This document shows positions 1 through 10,473 of a stretch of 64,000 nucleotides of DNA, piece after piece. This DNA is from Naegleria gruberi (Eukaryota). The stretch is taken from the NCBI GenBank assembly GCA_000004985.1, contig GG738849.1; one strand, 5' to 3'. The translations under genes were made by a program, and so were the position numbers. Each line of letters opens with the position of its first letter. The stretch's first letter is position 1. The notes beneath the pieces were generated by a model, which had not been told where the DNA came from, searched no databases, and worked only from the letters and a program-made list of their open reading frames with translations.

Positions 1-1133
1 TAATATCGTAGCCCTCCTCTTGTGAAATTCCCTTAACACCATTTGATCTCATAAAGTAAAAGAGAGCTCTATTTCTATCATTGTGTTCCTTTTCGCTTAG
101 ATATGTACATTGAGAGTATGAAATTTGTGAATTATCATCATTGCTGTCAAGTGTTGTTGGACAGCCGGCCATTCTTTGGACGAATTGGTAAATGTTAGTA
201 AATCTTTTACTACTACAATCCCTTGGTGAAATTTGACTGGCACAAACCAATCCGCCAGTACTCTATTTCAATAATTAATATTTGTATCAGATAAATTCAC
301 TTACAACAAAAGGATTGTGTGGTTTCTTTTCTTCATTCAAGGAGAAGGCATTAAACTTCAATCCGGATGGTTCTCTACCAATAAATTGATGTAGGTCAGT
401 ACCCTGCTCTCTTCCTAAACAATATAACATTGGAAGAATACTACATTTTGTAAAAAACCCTATTGAATTAATTAGAGTTAGAACATACCAGTGTTGTAAG
501 GTAAATACCTTCTTGGTACCATTTCCAAAATGTGCAACTTGTCCATCCACTGTACAAAGGGAAATTCCAAATAGATTAGGATCAGCATTTGCTAACTCTG
601 GTATATAATCAGGAAGTATTCCACTTGAATTTTTTTGAATAATTTCAAATATTTCCGAAATATTATTACAAAATCCTATTCCATTTAATTTCAATATTTT
701 AAAAATATGGTTTCCATAAATATTATTGTAATTAAATAATTTTACCTTGAAAATTTGGAATTGATAATTTTCCGTTCAAAGCCTTTTGTAAAATATTTGG
801 TTTATCGCTTGTCATCCATTGTGTAAATTCGACAAAGCTAATTTTTCCACCTGTACAATTCACTGGACATTTGTAGAATCCATACTTTTTCAAATAATTT
901 TTAACTTCCTCCTGTGTAATGTATCCATCTCCATCTACATCAATTTCTGAAAATTTAGATTGTAATTCCATTCTCTTTCTATTGACAATTGCATCCATAC
1001 TTTCAAATCTTGGGGAGTTTAAATTAGAGAGAGAATTAATGCGAGGGATACCCATAGTGTTATCTTCTGTAGGAATAGAGGTACCATGATTTGATTGTTC
1101 GGAACATTCCTCCTCTGGCGATGAAGTTAGCAT
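1..1133 (-). CDS. Glutaminase (kidney-type), partial. The C-terminus runs off the window start. Three exons: 746..1133, 305..675, 1..262. Introns are 676..745 (GTAAAA..ATAG) and 263..298 (GTAAGT..ATAG, 36 nt).
   Basis: Exon 2 has the conserved glutaminase core (DYIP.LA..DP..FG.S.CTVDGQ ... REPSGL.FN...LNE..KPHNP.V). After the GTAAGT donor the frame continues into SERESGDRN-like sequence (LSEKEHNDRNRALFYFM). Exon 1 encodes the N-terminal EF-hand-like region (DVDGDGYITQEEV) and joins in frame, with a carried G completing GGA. The ATG at 1131..1133 was verified. Confidence 0.8.
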
Positions 1134-1191
1134 TTTTTTATTATTTTGATTTTAAAAAATATTTAATAAATTTCAATAAGGGTGGTACTCT

Positions 1192-3099
1192 TTAAAACAC
1201 AACATAATTCTCTTTATTCGGAGTTTGCTTCAATGTGAAATAATCTAAAAGGAATGCACCCTTCACTGCTGGAATTTTCAATTCGGAAATTGTTCTTGTC
1301 TCAGAGTCATGTGTTGCCTTAACGTCGTCGTCCAGTATTGCAAGAGTGACATTTGAATCCAGAGTTTCACTAACAATACCATCACCAGCTGTGATAACAT
1401 CCTGAAATAATTCTCTTGGAGGTCCTGATAACTCTAACAGGTGGATATACACAATCCATCCTTTGAATGGACCGTGTCCATGTTCTTCCCTGAATTGTCT
1501 CCACTTACGTCCAACTCCCATCCATATTCCCTTTGTTGTGAATTCATCTGAAAACCACTCGTAATTTTTTTCATCCAAAAACTCATTGTTCCCAACAGAG
1601 TCCTTAATATAGCTTGGTTTGAGAACCCAACTTCCTTTAGCACATGATGTCATGAATTTGTGAGTTCTCTTAATTTCACTAATGATGAGGTGAGTGTCAA
1701 CGGCAGTACTGCAGACTTTAGCACCTAAATTTTCTATTTTTTCTATGATTTCCTCTTCCTCTGATGGATGAAGTGATAATTTAAAGACTCTCTCCTTCTT
1801 TACCTTCTTTTTCTGCTGAGGAGGTTTTTCAGGAACCTTATCCTCTTGTGGTAATTTTCTCTTCTTATCTAATGATGTTGTTGCAGTTTCGAGTGTGTAT
1901 AAACCTGTATTCATCATTCTCCAATGACTAATAGAATCAAAAATGAAATCAGGAGAAAGAATGGTTAATTCCCATGTTTTAGCCTTTTCAATCTTTTTAG
2001 AAACCAAATCAAATGATTTCACAATGAGAAAATCATTTTGCTTATTTAAATCTCCTGTATAGATAGCTCCTGTTTGTTTTATGAGATAAATCATGTCTGA
2101 TCTCTCAGCTCCTTCAAATCCTGTAATGGAAATTTTCTTATTTTCAAATCCCTTGATAAAATTATTTGATTTCAAAGGTCTATAAATTATCTTTTCACTT
2201 ATTGGAATCAATCTAGATTCCCTCAATGAGTCGTCAATCCACTGAGCTGTTGTTATATTTTCTACATTTTTTAATGTATATGGTTCATTACATGCATATC
2301 TGGTAATTAAATAATCAATCTTGACATTATCTTTTAACAACCTGCTCTGTAAGACCTTTCCTCCGTTTGAGCAAATTTCCCTCTGTAAAATACTTATAAA
2401 TTCTGGAGGATAATTTACAATGTAGAATGTTAAACTTTGGAAGAGAGTTTTTGCTTGATGAATACTAATGTATTTTCCTTGATTTTTGCCCACCAAATAA
2501 TTCTTTTCATCCAAATATATTCTCTTTGAAAAGCATAATTTCAACCACTCAAAAGATACAATAATGACATGATCTGATGATGATGATGGAGCAACTGTTT
2601 CAGTATCATCCGATGTTGTGATAATGTGAGTAATTTTTTCTTCCTCTTGTTGTTCTAAAAACTTTCCTCCAAGGAAAGTAACCATGAAAGCTACACTTGC
2701 AATATTGGAAATCTTTCTCGTACAAGTAAAAACAAGATTATAAAATACAAAGGGATAGCAGAGTAGAAAATTTTCCTCATCACACAACTTATTCTCCTTG
2801 ATTGAAGTGTAGACAAATTGAGGACTTATGATGAATCGGTCTGGATTTTTAACTTGAGAACTATTCAATGTATCAATATTTTCATTTTCGGAATTGGTTT
2901 CCATCTCCACAGATATAATATGAGTAATTCCATTAGTATCTAAATCATTCGAAATTGTTCCATCATGTTTTTCTATTGATTTAATTAATTTTTCTTTTTC
3001 ATTCTTTGGTATCGAAGAGGAGAGAAAGAAACAGAGGCTAGTGAACAGTTTTGCTGTTGTTGATTTGTTTGGAGGCATTTTTTTTAAATGTTCCATCAT
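1192..3099 (-). CDS. Multi-BRCT-repeat protein of about 6 BRCT units, a TopBP1/Dpb11/PTIP-like DNA-damage or replication scaffold.
   Basis: Single 635-aa ORF with repeated BRCT-like units (hydrophobic core, conserved W near the end of each unit, e.g. WLKLC, AQWIDDS, SHWRMM, GSWVLKP). There is a basic KKKVKKERV linker. The exact orthology is not resolvable by eye. Confidence 0.5.
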   Translation of the reverse strand: MMEHLKKMPPNKSTTAKLFTSLCFFLSSSIPKNEKEKLIKSIEKHDGTISNDLDTNGITHIISVEMETNSENENIDTLNSSQVKNPDRFIISPQFVYTSIKENKLCDEENFLLCYPFVFYNLVFTCTRKISNIASVAFMVTFLGGKFLEQQEEEKITHIITTSDDTETVAPSSSSDHVIIVSFEWLKLCFSKRIYLDEKNYLVGKNQGKYISIHQAKTLFQSLTFYIVNYPPEFISILQREICSNGGKVLQSRLLKDNVKIDYLITRYACNEPYTLKNVENITTAQWIDDSLRESRLIPISEKIIYRPLKSNNFIKGFENKKISITGFEGAERSDMIYLIKQTGAIYTGDLNKQNDFLIVKSFDLVSKKIEKAKTWELTILSPDFIFDSISHWRMMNTGLYTLETATTSLDKKRKLPQEDKVPEKPPQQKKKVKKERVFKLSLHPSEEEEIIEKIENLGAKVCSTAVDTHLIISEIKRTHKFMTSCAKGSWVLKPSYIKDSVGNNEFLDEKNYEWFSDEFTTKGIWMGVGRKWRQFREEHGHGPFKGWIVYIHLLELSGPPRELFQDVITAGDGIVSETLDSNVTLAILDDDVKATHDSETRTISELKIPAVKGAFLLDYFTLKQTPNKENYVVF

Positions 3100-3287
3100 T
3101 GTTTAGATTTCTTAAATTTAGTTTTCCACCAATTTTCTGAAGAGGAGAACAACAAGAAATTGTGTATGCAAAAAGACAAATTCATAATTGCGCCAAATTA
3201 AAAAATAAGTAACCGTTTAAAAATTAAATAAATATATTTTGGTCTAATTGATTTTTACATTTACAATTAACTTAGGGTGTTGATTAT

Positions 3288-3947
3288 TTACTCATCATCG
3301 CTTTCTTCTTCGCTACTTTCTTCTTCTTCTGATTCCGATTCCTTCTTGGTCTTCTTCTTTGCTGGTGCCTTAGTTTCGTGAGTGGCATCATATTCTTCCT
3401 TTTGAACTTTGTAGGCAGCCTTCAATTTTTCAGCCTGAGCAATGTATGGCTTCTTTTGTTCGTCAGACATTTTCTTCCACAAAGCACCAACCTTCTTGGC
3501 AACTTCTGTTACTTTAAGGGTACTATCCTCTTCCAAGAGCTTCTTTCTCATTTCTTGAGAGAAGATCATGTATGAAGTGAGTGGTCGCTTTGGAGCATCC
3601 TTATCCTTTTTGGCCTTTTTGCTTCCTCTCTTTCTCTTCTTCTTTTCACCATCAGAGTCGGATTCTTCTTCATCTTCTGAAGATGGCTTATTCTTCTTAT
3701 ATTCTTCCATTTGAGCATTGTATCCATCCAAAGACTTCTTGTACTTGTCATTGTATGGCTTCTTTTGTTCATCACTTAATGAATTCCACATTTCTCCCAA
3801 GACTTTGCTTACTTCACTGGCACTCTTCTTTTCACCAGTCTTAGCCTTGGCAGCTTCTCTGTGTTCATCACAGAACAAGAAATAACCAGTCTTTGGTTTC
3901 TTTGGTGCGTTTGGGTCCTTCTTCTTGGTAGACTTCTTTCCTGCCAT
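3288..3947 (-). CDS. HMGB-type chromatin protein with two HMG boxes and an acidic tail.
   Basis: Two HMG-box motifs (PKKPKTGYFLFCDEHR..MWNSLSDEQKKPY and PKRPLTSYMIFSQEMR..LWKKMSDEQKKPY), then an ESESEEEESSEEESDDE tail. The likely ATG is at 3945..3947 (MAGKKSTKKK). The track ORF starts further upstream, up to 4049. Confidence 0.85.
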   Translation of the reverse strand: MAGKKSTKKKDPNAPKKPKTGYFLFCDEHREAAKAKTGEKKSASEVSKVLGEMWNSLSDEQKKPYNDKYKKSLDGYNAQMEEYKKNKPSSEDEEESDSDGEKKKRKRGSKKAKKDKDAPKRPLTSYMIFSQEMRKKLLEEDSTLKVTEVAKKVGALWKKMSDEQKKPYIAQAEKLKAAYKVQKEEYDATHETKAPAKKKTKKESESEEEESSEEESDDE

Positions 3948-4728
3948 TGTGTTGTTGTTGTGTGTTGAGTGTTTTGTTTCTCCTTTGAAAAGATGCAGCG
4001 TTGAAAAGGCTGCCACCGTTGTCTTGAAGCCGCACGTTACACAAAGCAAAAATATTCTCTCTCCAACAACGGCACATCAACATTATTGAAGAGCCTCGAG
4101 CAATTGCTGCTGTTTGATTGGCGCATAAATATTTTTAGGCCTGAGTGATGTCGTAACTTGCCCTCTTTGATTGAGTTGAGCATCAGCAGCTTGCTGGTAA
4201 TTGGTTCTTTTCAGCATACACCACAAGACGGATTGGTTGCGCAGTCAAGTCGTTCCCCTTTACAACATCCTTTGCAAACAAAGGCACTTTTCGGTAACGG
4301 ATCGAATATTGTTAGCTGCTTCAACGAGAACGCTCATGACCAGCAATAGGATCCATCAGCAGGCGCCTCTTTGTACTACAACAATTCAACCAACACCAGT
4401 CTAATGATACATCAATACTACACCTACTTGTCGAAGAAATTGATCATTATTTAGACCAATATCAAGGAAGAGTGTATGAAGGTAACATGTCCAACACCTG
4501 GCCCAATTGATCGCCTCTATATTGAATAATTAAAATAATTAAATGTTAATCTTCAATATTTTTGTTTTGACAACTAATAATTCTAACCTTAATGGATTTA
4601 AAGATGTTTAATAACACATGATAATGTTAATGTAAGATAACAACACCTATTGGAGTTTGTTATTGTTATTTTTCTTAATAAGTTAGACTATAAATCATCT
4701 TTTTTGTTAGAATTATTTTCTGGTTTGG

Positions 4729-4760
4729 TTCTCGAAACACTGACCTCTGTGTTTCGAGAA
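4729..4760. repeat. Perfect 12-bp inverted repeat (hairpin) in the divergent intergenic region.
   Basis: ttctcgaaacac - tgacctct - gtgtttcgagaa: a 12-bp stem with an 8-nt loop, read directly from the sequence. Confidence 0.6.
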
Positions 4761-5289
4761 TATTTTCCTACCTGGAAGGCCATTTGGAGAATAATTGTTT
4801 GAACATGGTAATAATTGAAATTTCTTTCGAATTAGGGAGCTTGTAGCTTCCCACAAGTCAATTGAACCTGCTCCAAGTACACAGCCTTTGTTACTGTTTT
4901 ATCTAAAATTTGGAAATTGTTGTTTTGTTGGTGATTTTCAAATGGCTAATAAATCATGAACTTCTTCCTTATTGAAACGAAAACACCAACATCATACTAT
5001 CACAACACCTACCACCATTCTCACCTTAACACATTGATAGCCACTAAACACTTATCAAGAATTAAAAAATGGATTGACATAAATTTTCCCATTCTGTCTG
5101 TTTTCACAGGCTAACAATACTGAAAGATTCGGAACATGATTTATATTTAATTATTATGGAAAGAACTGTTTTGATCTTCATACAACAAGTATACAACGTA
5201 GTTTACATCAAATCTCCTCTTATGACCAACAGAAACGACACATCTACACATCTAGGATGAATTAAACCACATCAACAACAACTTTTTCC

Positions 5290-8172
5290 ATGGGGATTTT
5301 TAAACCTCATTCTTCATCAGGCAACACGATAATACTGATAGGAGATGAAAGTTATTGGATTCCAACAATAAGATTGTGGTTGATGCCACTTCAATTACCA
5401 CCAGCACCACTTGAAAAAATGAACAGAAAACCAACCCTAAGAAAACGGGCCAAAAACGTCTCGTACTATGAAGGAAATAATCAAGTTATTTTAGAAGAAG
5501 ACGAAGAAGAAAATGAAGACGAAGTTGAAGAGGAAGAGGAGGAAGATGAAGCTGTTGTGGAGTTTGATGAAGAGGATGATGATGAAGAGATGGAGGCCTA
5601 TGTAGATTCTACAAAAGAGGAACAGATCAACAATACTAGTAGCAATAGTAGTAATAGTAGTGAATCTGATGAGGAACAAGTTCCGAAAAGAAAACAACCA
5701 TCACGGTCAAGAAATCAACCTAAAAGCCAATCCAAAAATCAATCAAAAGTTTCCAGTACTAGAAGAGGTTCATCTTCAAAGAAGATGGAAATATCAACCA
5801 CAACAAGTGAAAGTGACAATAACTATGAACCAACTAAAAAAACTAGGCAAACTCCAAAGAAGAAAATTACAAAATCCACCACCTCTGCCTCTAGAGGTTC
5901 GTCATCTTCTAATCGTTCCAAATCACCTTCTACTCAGACATCCTCAAGAAAGAGGAGAAAGGAGTCCGAAAGTGAGGAGCTCTCTGATAATGACGAAGAA
6001 ACCTATGATAGTGATAGTTTCATTGTAGACGATGAAAATGAATCAAGTGAGGAAAATAATGATGAGGAAGATAGTGAAGGTACTACAAAGAAGAGGAAAA
6101 CAAAAAAGACTTCAAAAACTTCTAGGAAATCGAGTAGCAATACTACTTCTAATGGCTCCTCGAATAGATCTCAATCAACAAGCCGATCTAAAACTGTCAA
6201 CTCCAAGAAGAAGAAAAAGTCACCCAACACTGTTCAGAATTTATTTGAAATATTTGCGATTGAGAAGGATACGATCGCAGAACAGAATAGGCAACGATCC
6301 AAGCTCATTAATGAATCCGAAAGTGAAGAAGAGGAAGAAGCCTACTCAACCAGTGATAATGAGGCACAAAAACAACAGAATAAGAAAACCTTTGCCGACT
6401 TGGAATTGGCACCTATTGTAGAACATGATGGACTCATTAATCCATATAACAAAAATAGGTGCGAACAAATTCCTCTTCCTCAACACAAACATTTGGATGA
6501 TGAACAATACGATAATTACATGAATGAGAATAATAACGAGTAAGTAGTTCTTTTCAATATGGAAAGATATTCTAACTTGAAATTTAGTCATTCTCTCGCA
6601 GTAGGAGTGAAGCTAACTGGAATGGACGAGTATGAAAGCTTAATACAAAGAAGAGTCAGACAAAGAAAGGAAGATGAAGGAATAGAGGAAGAGGAGGATG
6701 AAGTGCCAGCCAATTTACAGGATGAAAGTTACATATCCGAGCTCATAAAAATGTCTGTCGGAAAGCAAGCAAGTTACAAAATCAAACCATTCAAAGGAGG
6801 CCACTATATTAATTGTGACTTGAGATATTTTACCTTGTCCTCACTGGGTAAATTTGATGTAATATTAATTGATCCACCTTGGAGAGTTATTCAGAGTAGA
6901 CCACAGGAGGCCATGATGTTCAGTAATACCAACTTTAAACTAAATTATAACACTCTCTCATACGAGGAAATTATGGATATTAATGTGGGATCATTGTGTG
7001 ATCAGGGGTTCTGTTTCATGTGGGTTCTCAATTCATCTCTTCAATTTGGACTCAATTTACTGAATCATTGGGGATTTTCCTATATTGACAAGATTACCTG
7101 GATCAAAAAGACAAAGAATGATCAAATATTTGCAGGTACAGGTTATTATTTCCTTCACTCAACTGAATTACTGCTAGTTGGCGTAAAGCATGGCTCAACA
7201 AAGAAAAATGGGCAAAAGTTGCAATATATTTCCAAAATTACCAACGATATTCTCTTCTCAAAAGTTGGTATCCAATCCCAAAAACCAAACGAAGTATACG
7301 AGATTATCGAAAGCATGGTACCAGGAGCTAGAAAGATTGAAATATTTGCAAGAAATCACAACATTAGAAAAGGGTGGCTGAGTATTGGTAATAGATTGGG
7401 TGAAGCATTTGATAAGGAAATGACAAGCTATTCATGTCACAAGTGTGATAAGAATTTATTCTCACCTGACTTTATGGGAACTGATAAGAATATTAAGAGG
7501 TTTAAGAGCTGTAAAAATCCAAAGGTTAATCTCTGTGAAAAATGTTCATCTAAATTTTCAGAAGATTATGGGCCATATTTTATATTTGAGAATACTTGCA
7601 CAGAACCAATTTTCCACGATTGGTATTCTTGTGATGTTTGTGAGATGTATCCTATTTGTGGAGCTAGGTTTTCATGTAAAGATTGTTCAGGAGATTTTGA
7701 TGTTTGTGAGGATTGTTTTGATAAGGTCATGACAAAAGATTCACATGAACATAGATCAGATTCATTTACTGCAATTGAATATCCAGATCCTGGCTGTGGT
7801 TATGCAGTTCATGTTGATAAGAAATGTAGCTCTTGTCTGGCTTGTCCTATAATTGGTGAAAGATTTATGTGTACGGAGTGTAAGGATGTTAACTTATGTA
7901 GAAAGTGTTTCTTCCTTCAAAAAGAGCCCAAGACACACAAATGCACTCACGAAATTTCAATGATACCCGAGCCAAGACATGCCCACCAAAAACTCAAATG
8001 TGCTGGTTGTGGAACAGTGGGACTCCAAGCACCAATCCACAAATGCAAAACATGCATGTCTTTCATCCTTTGTAATAAGTGCTATGATGTCCATGAAACA
8101 TGTTATGACTCACTCAAGTTGGACAAGTTTACAACACACAAACAATTCCACTCATTTATGAGAATGAAATAA
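5290..8172 (+). CDS. MT-A70 family (DPPW) N6-adenine methyltransferase-like protein with four C-terminal ZZ-type zinc fingers. The model is two exons: 5290..6539 (acidic Ser/Lys-rich low-complexity region) and 6588..8172, with a 48-nt intron at 6540..6587. The alternative is two separate genes, 5290..6543 and 6559..8172.
   Basis: The catalytic motif ILIDPPW and surrounding MT-A70 fold are present. There are four C-x2-C..C-x2-C..H..H ZZ fingers (e.g. CDVCEMYPICGARFSCKDCSGDFDVCEDC). A GTAAGT donor overlaps the apparent stop of the upstream ORF. An AATTTAG acceptor 48 nt downstream joins in frame (..MNENNN-D-HSLAVGVKLTGMDEY..). Confidence 0.55.
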
Positions 8173-8177
8173 ATTAT

Positions 8178-10193
8178 TTAATGAAATGGATCGATATCAT
8201 AACCAACTAGACCTTTTTCTCTTAGCTTTCTCTCGTGCTCTCTTTCAACCTCTGAGTTTTGGTGTTGTTGAATTGATTGAGCGTTATCTGATTGAATATG
8301 ATCTAGCTTTTTTCTTTGCTTGGATTTCTCCTTACTATAGAATGCTTTATCCTTCTTGATTATTTGTTGTTTTCTTCTTTCTTGTTGTGTAGAGCTTAAA
8401 TGTGACGGAAGTTTAGTGAAAGGTTGGTTGCTTTGTTTCCATTCGTTATTGAGAGGAACTTCTTGTTGAGCTAGTTCATTCAATGTTTTTTGCATACTAT
8501 CATTGAATTCTTTTTTCAGATCTGTGGCAGTGTGCATAGAATCGATCTTTAGTAGTGTGCAAACCATTTCAACAGCTTGGTGAAGGCATTGAATCTTTAC
8601 TCGCATTGAATCCCAAACGCCTTTGACTTCTGGATGAATGAATCTAGCTGGAAATGAGCTAGTTTCTAGTGTTAGAATCTTTTCCTTCTTGATTTGATGC
8701 ATCCACGTTCGGAGAGTGGTACTCGTATTGAGCCCACTACTTTCACAAATCAGAAATGGTACTGAGGATTCCAATGCAAGTGAAAATTTTTCATAAATCA
8801 ATTGTTCAATAGGTGATAATTTGTTTGCTGTTTTTTTAAGGTGAGAGGAAAGCATCATTTCTAATGATCCTCCTCCAGGAGCAATTAGACAATCCTCGTA
8901 TGAATTTCTAATAATTTTCAAGGCACCCCTAATTAATCTAGAATATTGTTGATTGAGAACTCTGTTGGATGCTGAAACTATTATCGATCCGACAGTGTAT
9001 TTGTTTCCCTTAATGTGTATTATAGATTCTGGCTGTGCATGTCTTTGATCTTCCTTGATGGAAACAAACTCTGCATGTCCAATATAGTCTTCCTTGATGT
9101 AGTCGCAATCATAAATTTTTGTTGCACTCGTCATTTCACAAATTCTATCGAAAATATCTTGTCTCACGTGTCTGAGGGCAATAGTATTGTGCCTTGAGAA
9201 TTGGTTCAAGCTGGAATCATCTATGGCATTATTGGAAATTACAAAAGAGGGAGAGAATTTCAGTATCTTTTTTAACTTGTAATCTATTATTTCTCTCTCC
9301 TTTCTGAGAAGCTCTAGTCTCTCTTGTGCAGATTTGAATTCATTCTTCTTCTTTTCTTTCAACATTTCTAGTGGAATGTCACTTATTGCAATTACCTTAC
9401 AATCTTTCAGATATCGAGGCATGAACTGATTCTGCAATCCATGTTCAAATACAAGACCATCAATATATTCTACTCTAGAGCTTAGGGATACTTGTGAAAT
9501 GATATTGACATTGTGGAAATTCGGCAGTAATTGGATATTTTTCATTTGTTTAATAGAAAGACCATCGTATAAATCAAAGGACGCCTTCAGACAAATATTT
9601 ACAAGTTGAGAAATGATTTTTTCATCATTCAGTTTGGTTCTAAAGAAGGTTCTTACCAAATCATCTGATTTACGCTTGTCAATATGAATCTTTACATTCA
9701 AAATATCCTTATTACTCTTGATCGATGATAGGTCAAGGCTATTCCCATTCTCATCGACAAGAATATTGAGGGCAAACTTTTTCATTTCATCCACACATTT
9801 CTTACATATTTGAGTAAATGTTTCACAAACCAAATTGGTTTCAATAGTGTCATTATTAATCAAATCTTGTGCAACCTTCAATAATTCATTAAGAAGGCAC
9901 ACAACATTTATCGTTCCATCACCACATCCCATTTGAATTTGTTTAACCAATTTTACAATCATCAACCCGACTGGATGTTTAACATTTAAATTTTGAATAA
10001 TAAATCCACCCTCATTGCTTAAATATTGTTGAGTATTATTATCCCTTCCAATAATTGTTATTATTTTACCACTTGATTTAGGACCAAAACAATCAATCAC
10101 ATGATCATTAATTTGTCTAACAATATTCTCAACAATTCTACCAAATGATTGTTCCTTACCATGAGGAAGGCTTGCTATCTGTTGATGATTCAT
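8178..10193 (-). CDS. Divergent group-II chaperonin-like protein of the BBS chaperonin type (MKKS/BBS10/BBS12-like).
   Basis: Carries the TCP-1/CCT-like signatures GCGDGTINVV (GDGTT ATP-binding) and IAPGGGSLEM (VPGGGA). The rest is highly diverged, and the length of about 670-720 aa matches BBS10/BBS12. The probable ATG is at 10191..10193 (MNHQQIASL). The track ORF extends to 10352. Confidence 0.5.
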   Translation of the reverse strand: MNHQQIASLPHGKEQSFGRIVENIVRQINDHVIDCFGPKSSGKIITIIGRDNNTQQYLSNEGGFIIQNLNVKHPVGLMIVKLVKQIQMGCGDGTINVVCLLNELLKVAQDLINNDTIETNLVCETFTQICKKCVDEMKKFALNILVDENGNSLDLSSIKSNKDILNVKIHIDKRKSDDLVRTFFRTKLNDEKIISQLVNICLKASFDLYDGLSIKQMKNIQLLPNFHNVNIISQVSLSSRVEYIDGLVFEHGLQNQFMPRYLKDCKVIAISDIPLEMLKEKKKNEFKSAQERLELLRKEREIIDYKLKKILKFSPSFVISNNAIDDSSLNQFSRHNTIALRHVRQDIFDRICEMTSATKIYDCDYIKEDYIGHAEFVSIKEDQRHAQPESIIHIKGNKYTVGSIIVSASNRVLNQQYSRLIRGALKIIRNSYEDCLIAPGGGSLEMMLSSHLKKTANKLSPIEQLIYEKFSLALESSVPFLICESSGLNTSTTLRTWMHQIKKEKILTLETSSFPARFIHPEVKGVWDSMRVKIQCLHQAVEMVCTLLKIDSMHTATDLKKEFNDSMQKTLNELAQQEVPLNNEWKQSNQPFTKLPSHLSSTQQERRKQQIIKKDKAFYSKEKSKQRKKLDHIQSDNAQSIQQHQNSEVEREHERKLREKGLVGYDIDPFH

Positions 10194-10473
10194 GATGATG
10201 ATGATTTCATTCTCGCCTCCGATGTATATTCGTAAAATTTGTAATTGCTGTTGATGAGCAAAATTGAGGTTACGGATTGTTGAAGGTGTAGAGTTTCGGT
10301 TTTTTATTAATAATTTAAAAATCAAAAAAAATTCATTATTTAATAACATCATTTGTTATTCTAGAGAGGTTGATCACCACACCATACACTACGGAAGAGA
10401 TTTTCGATTAATACTTAAAATATATTCGGAGAGTCTACTTGTATTACTTGATCATTGTGTATGAAAAATAATT

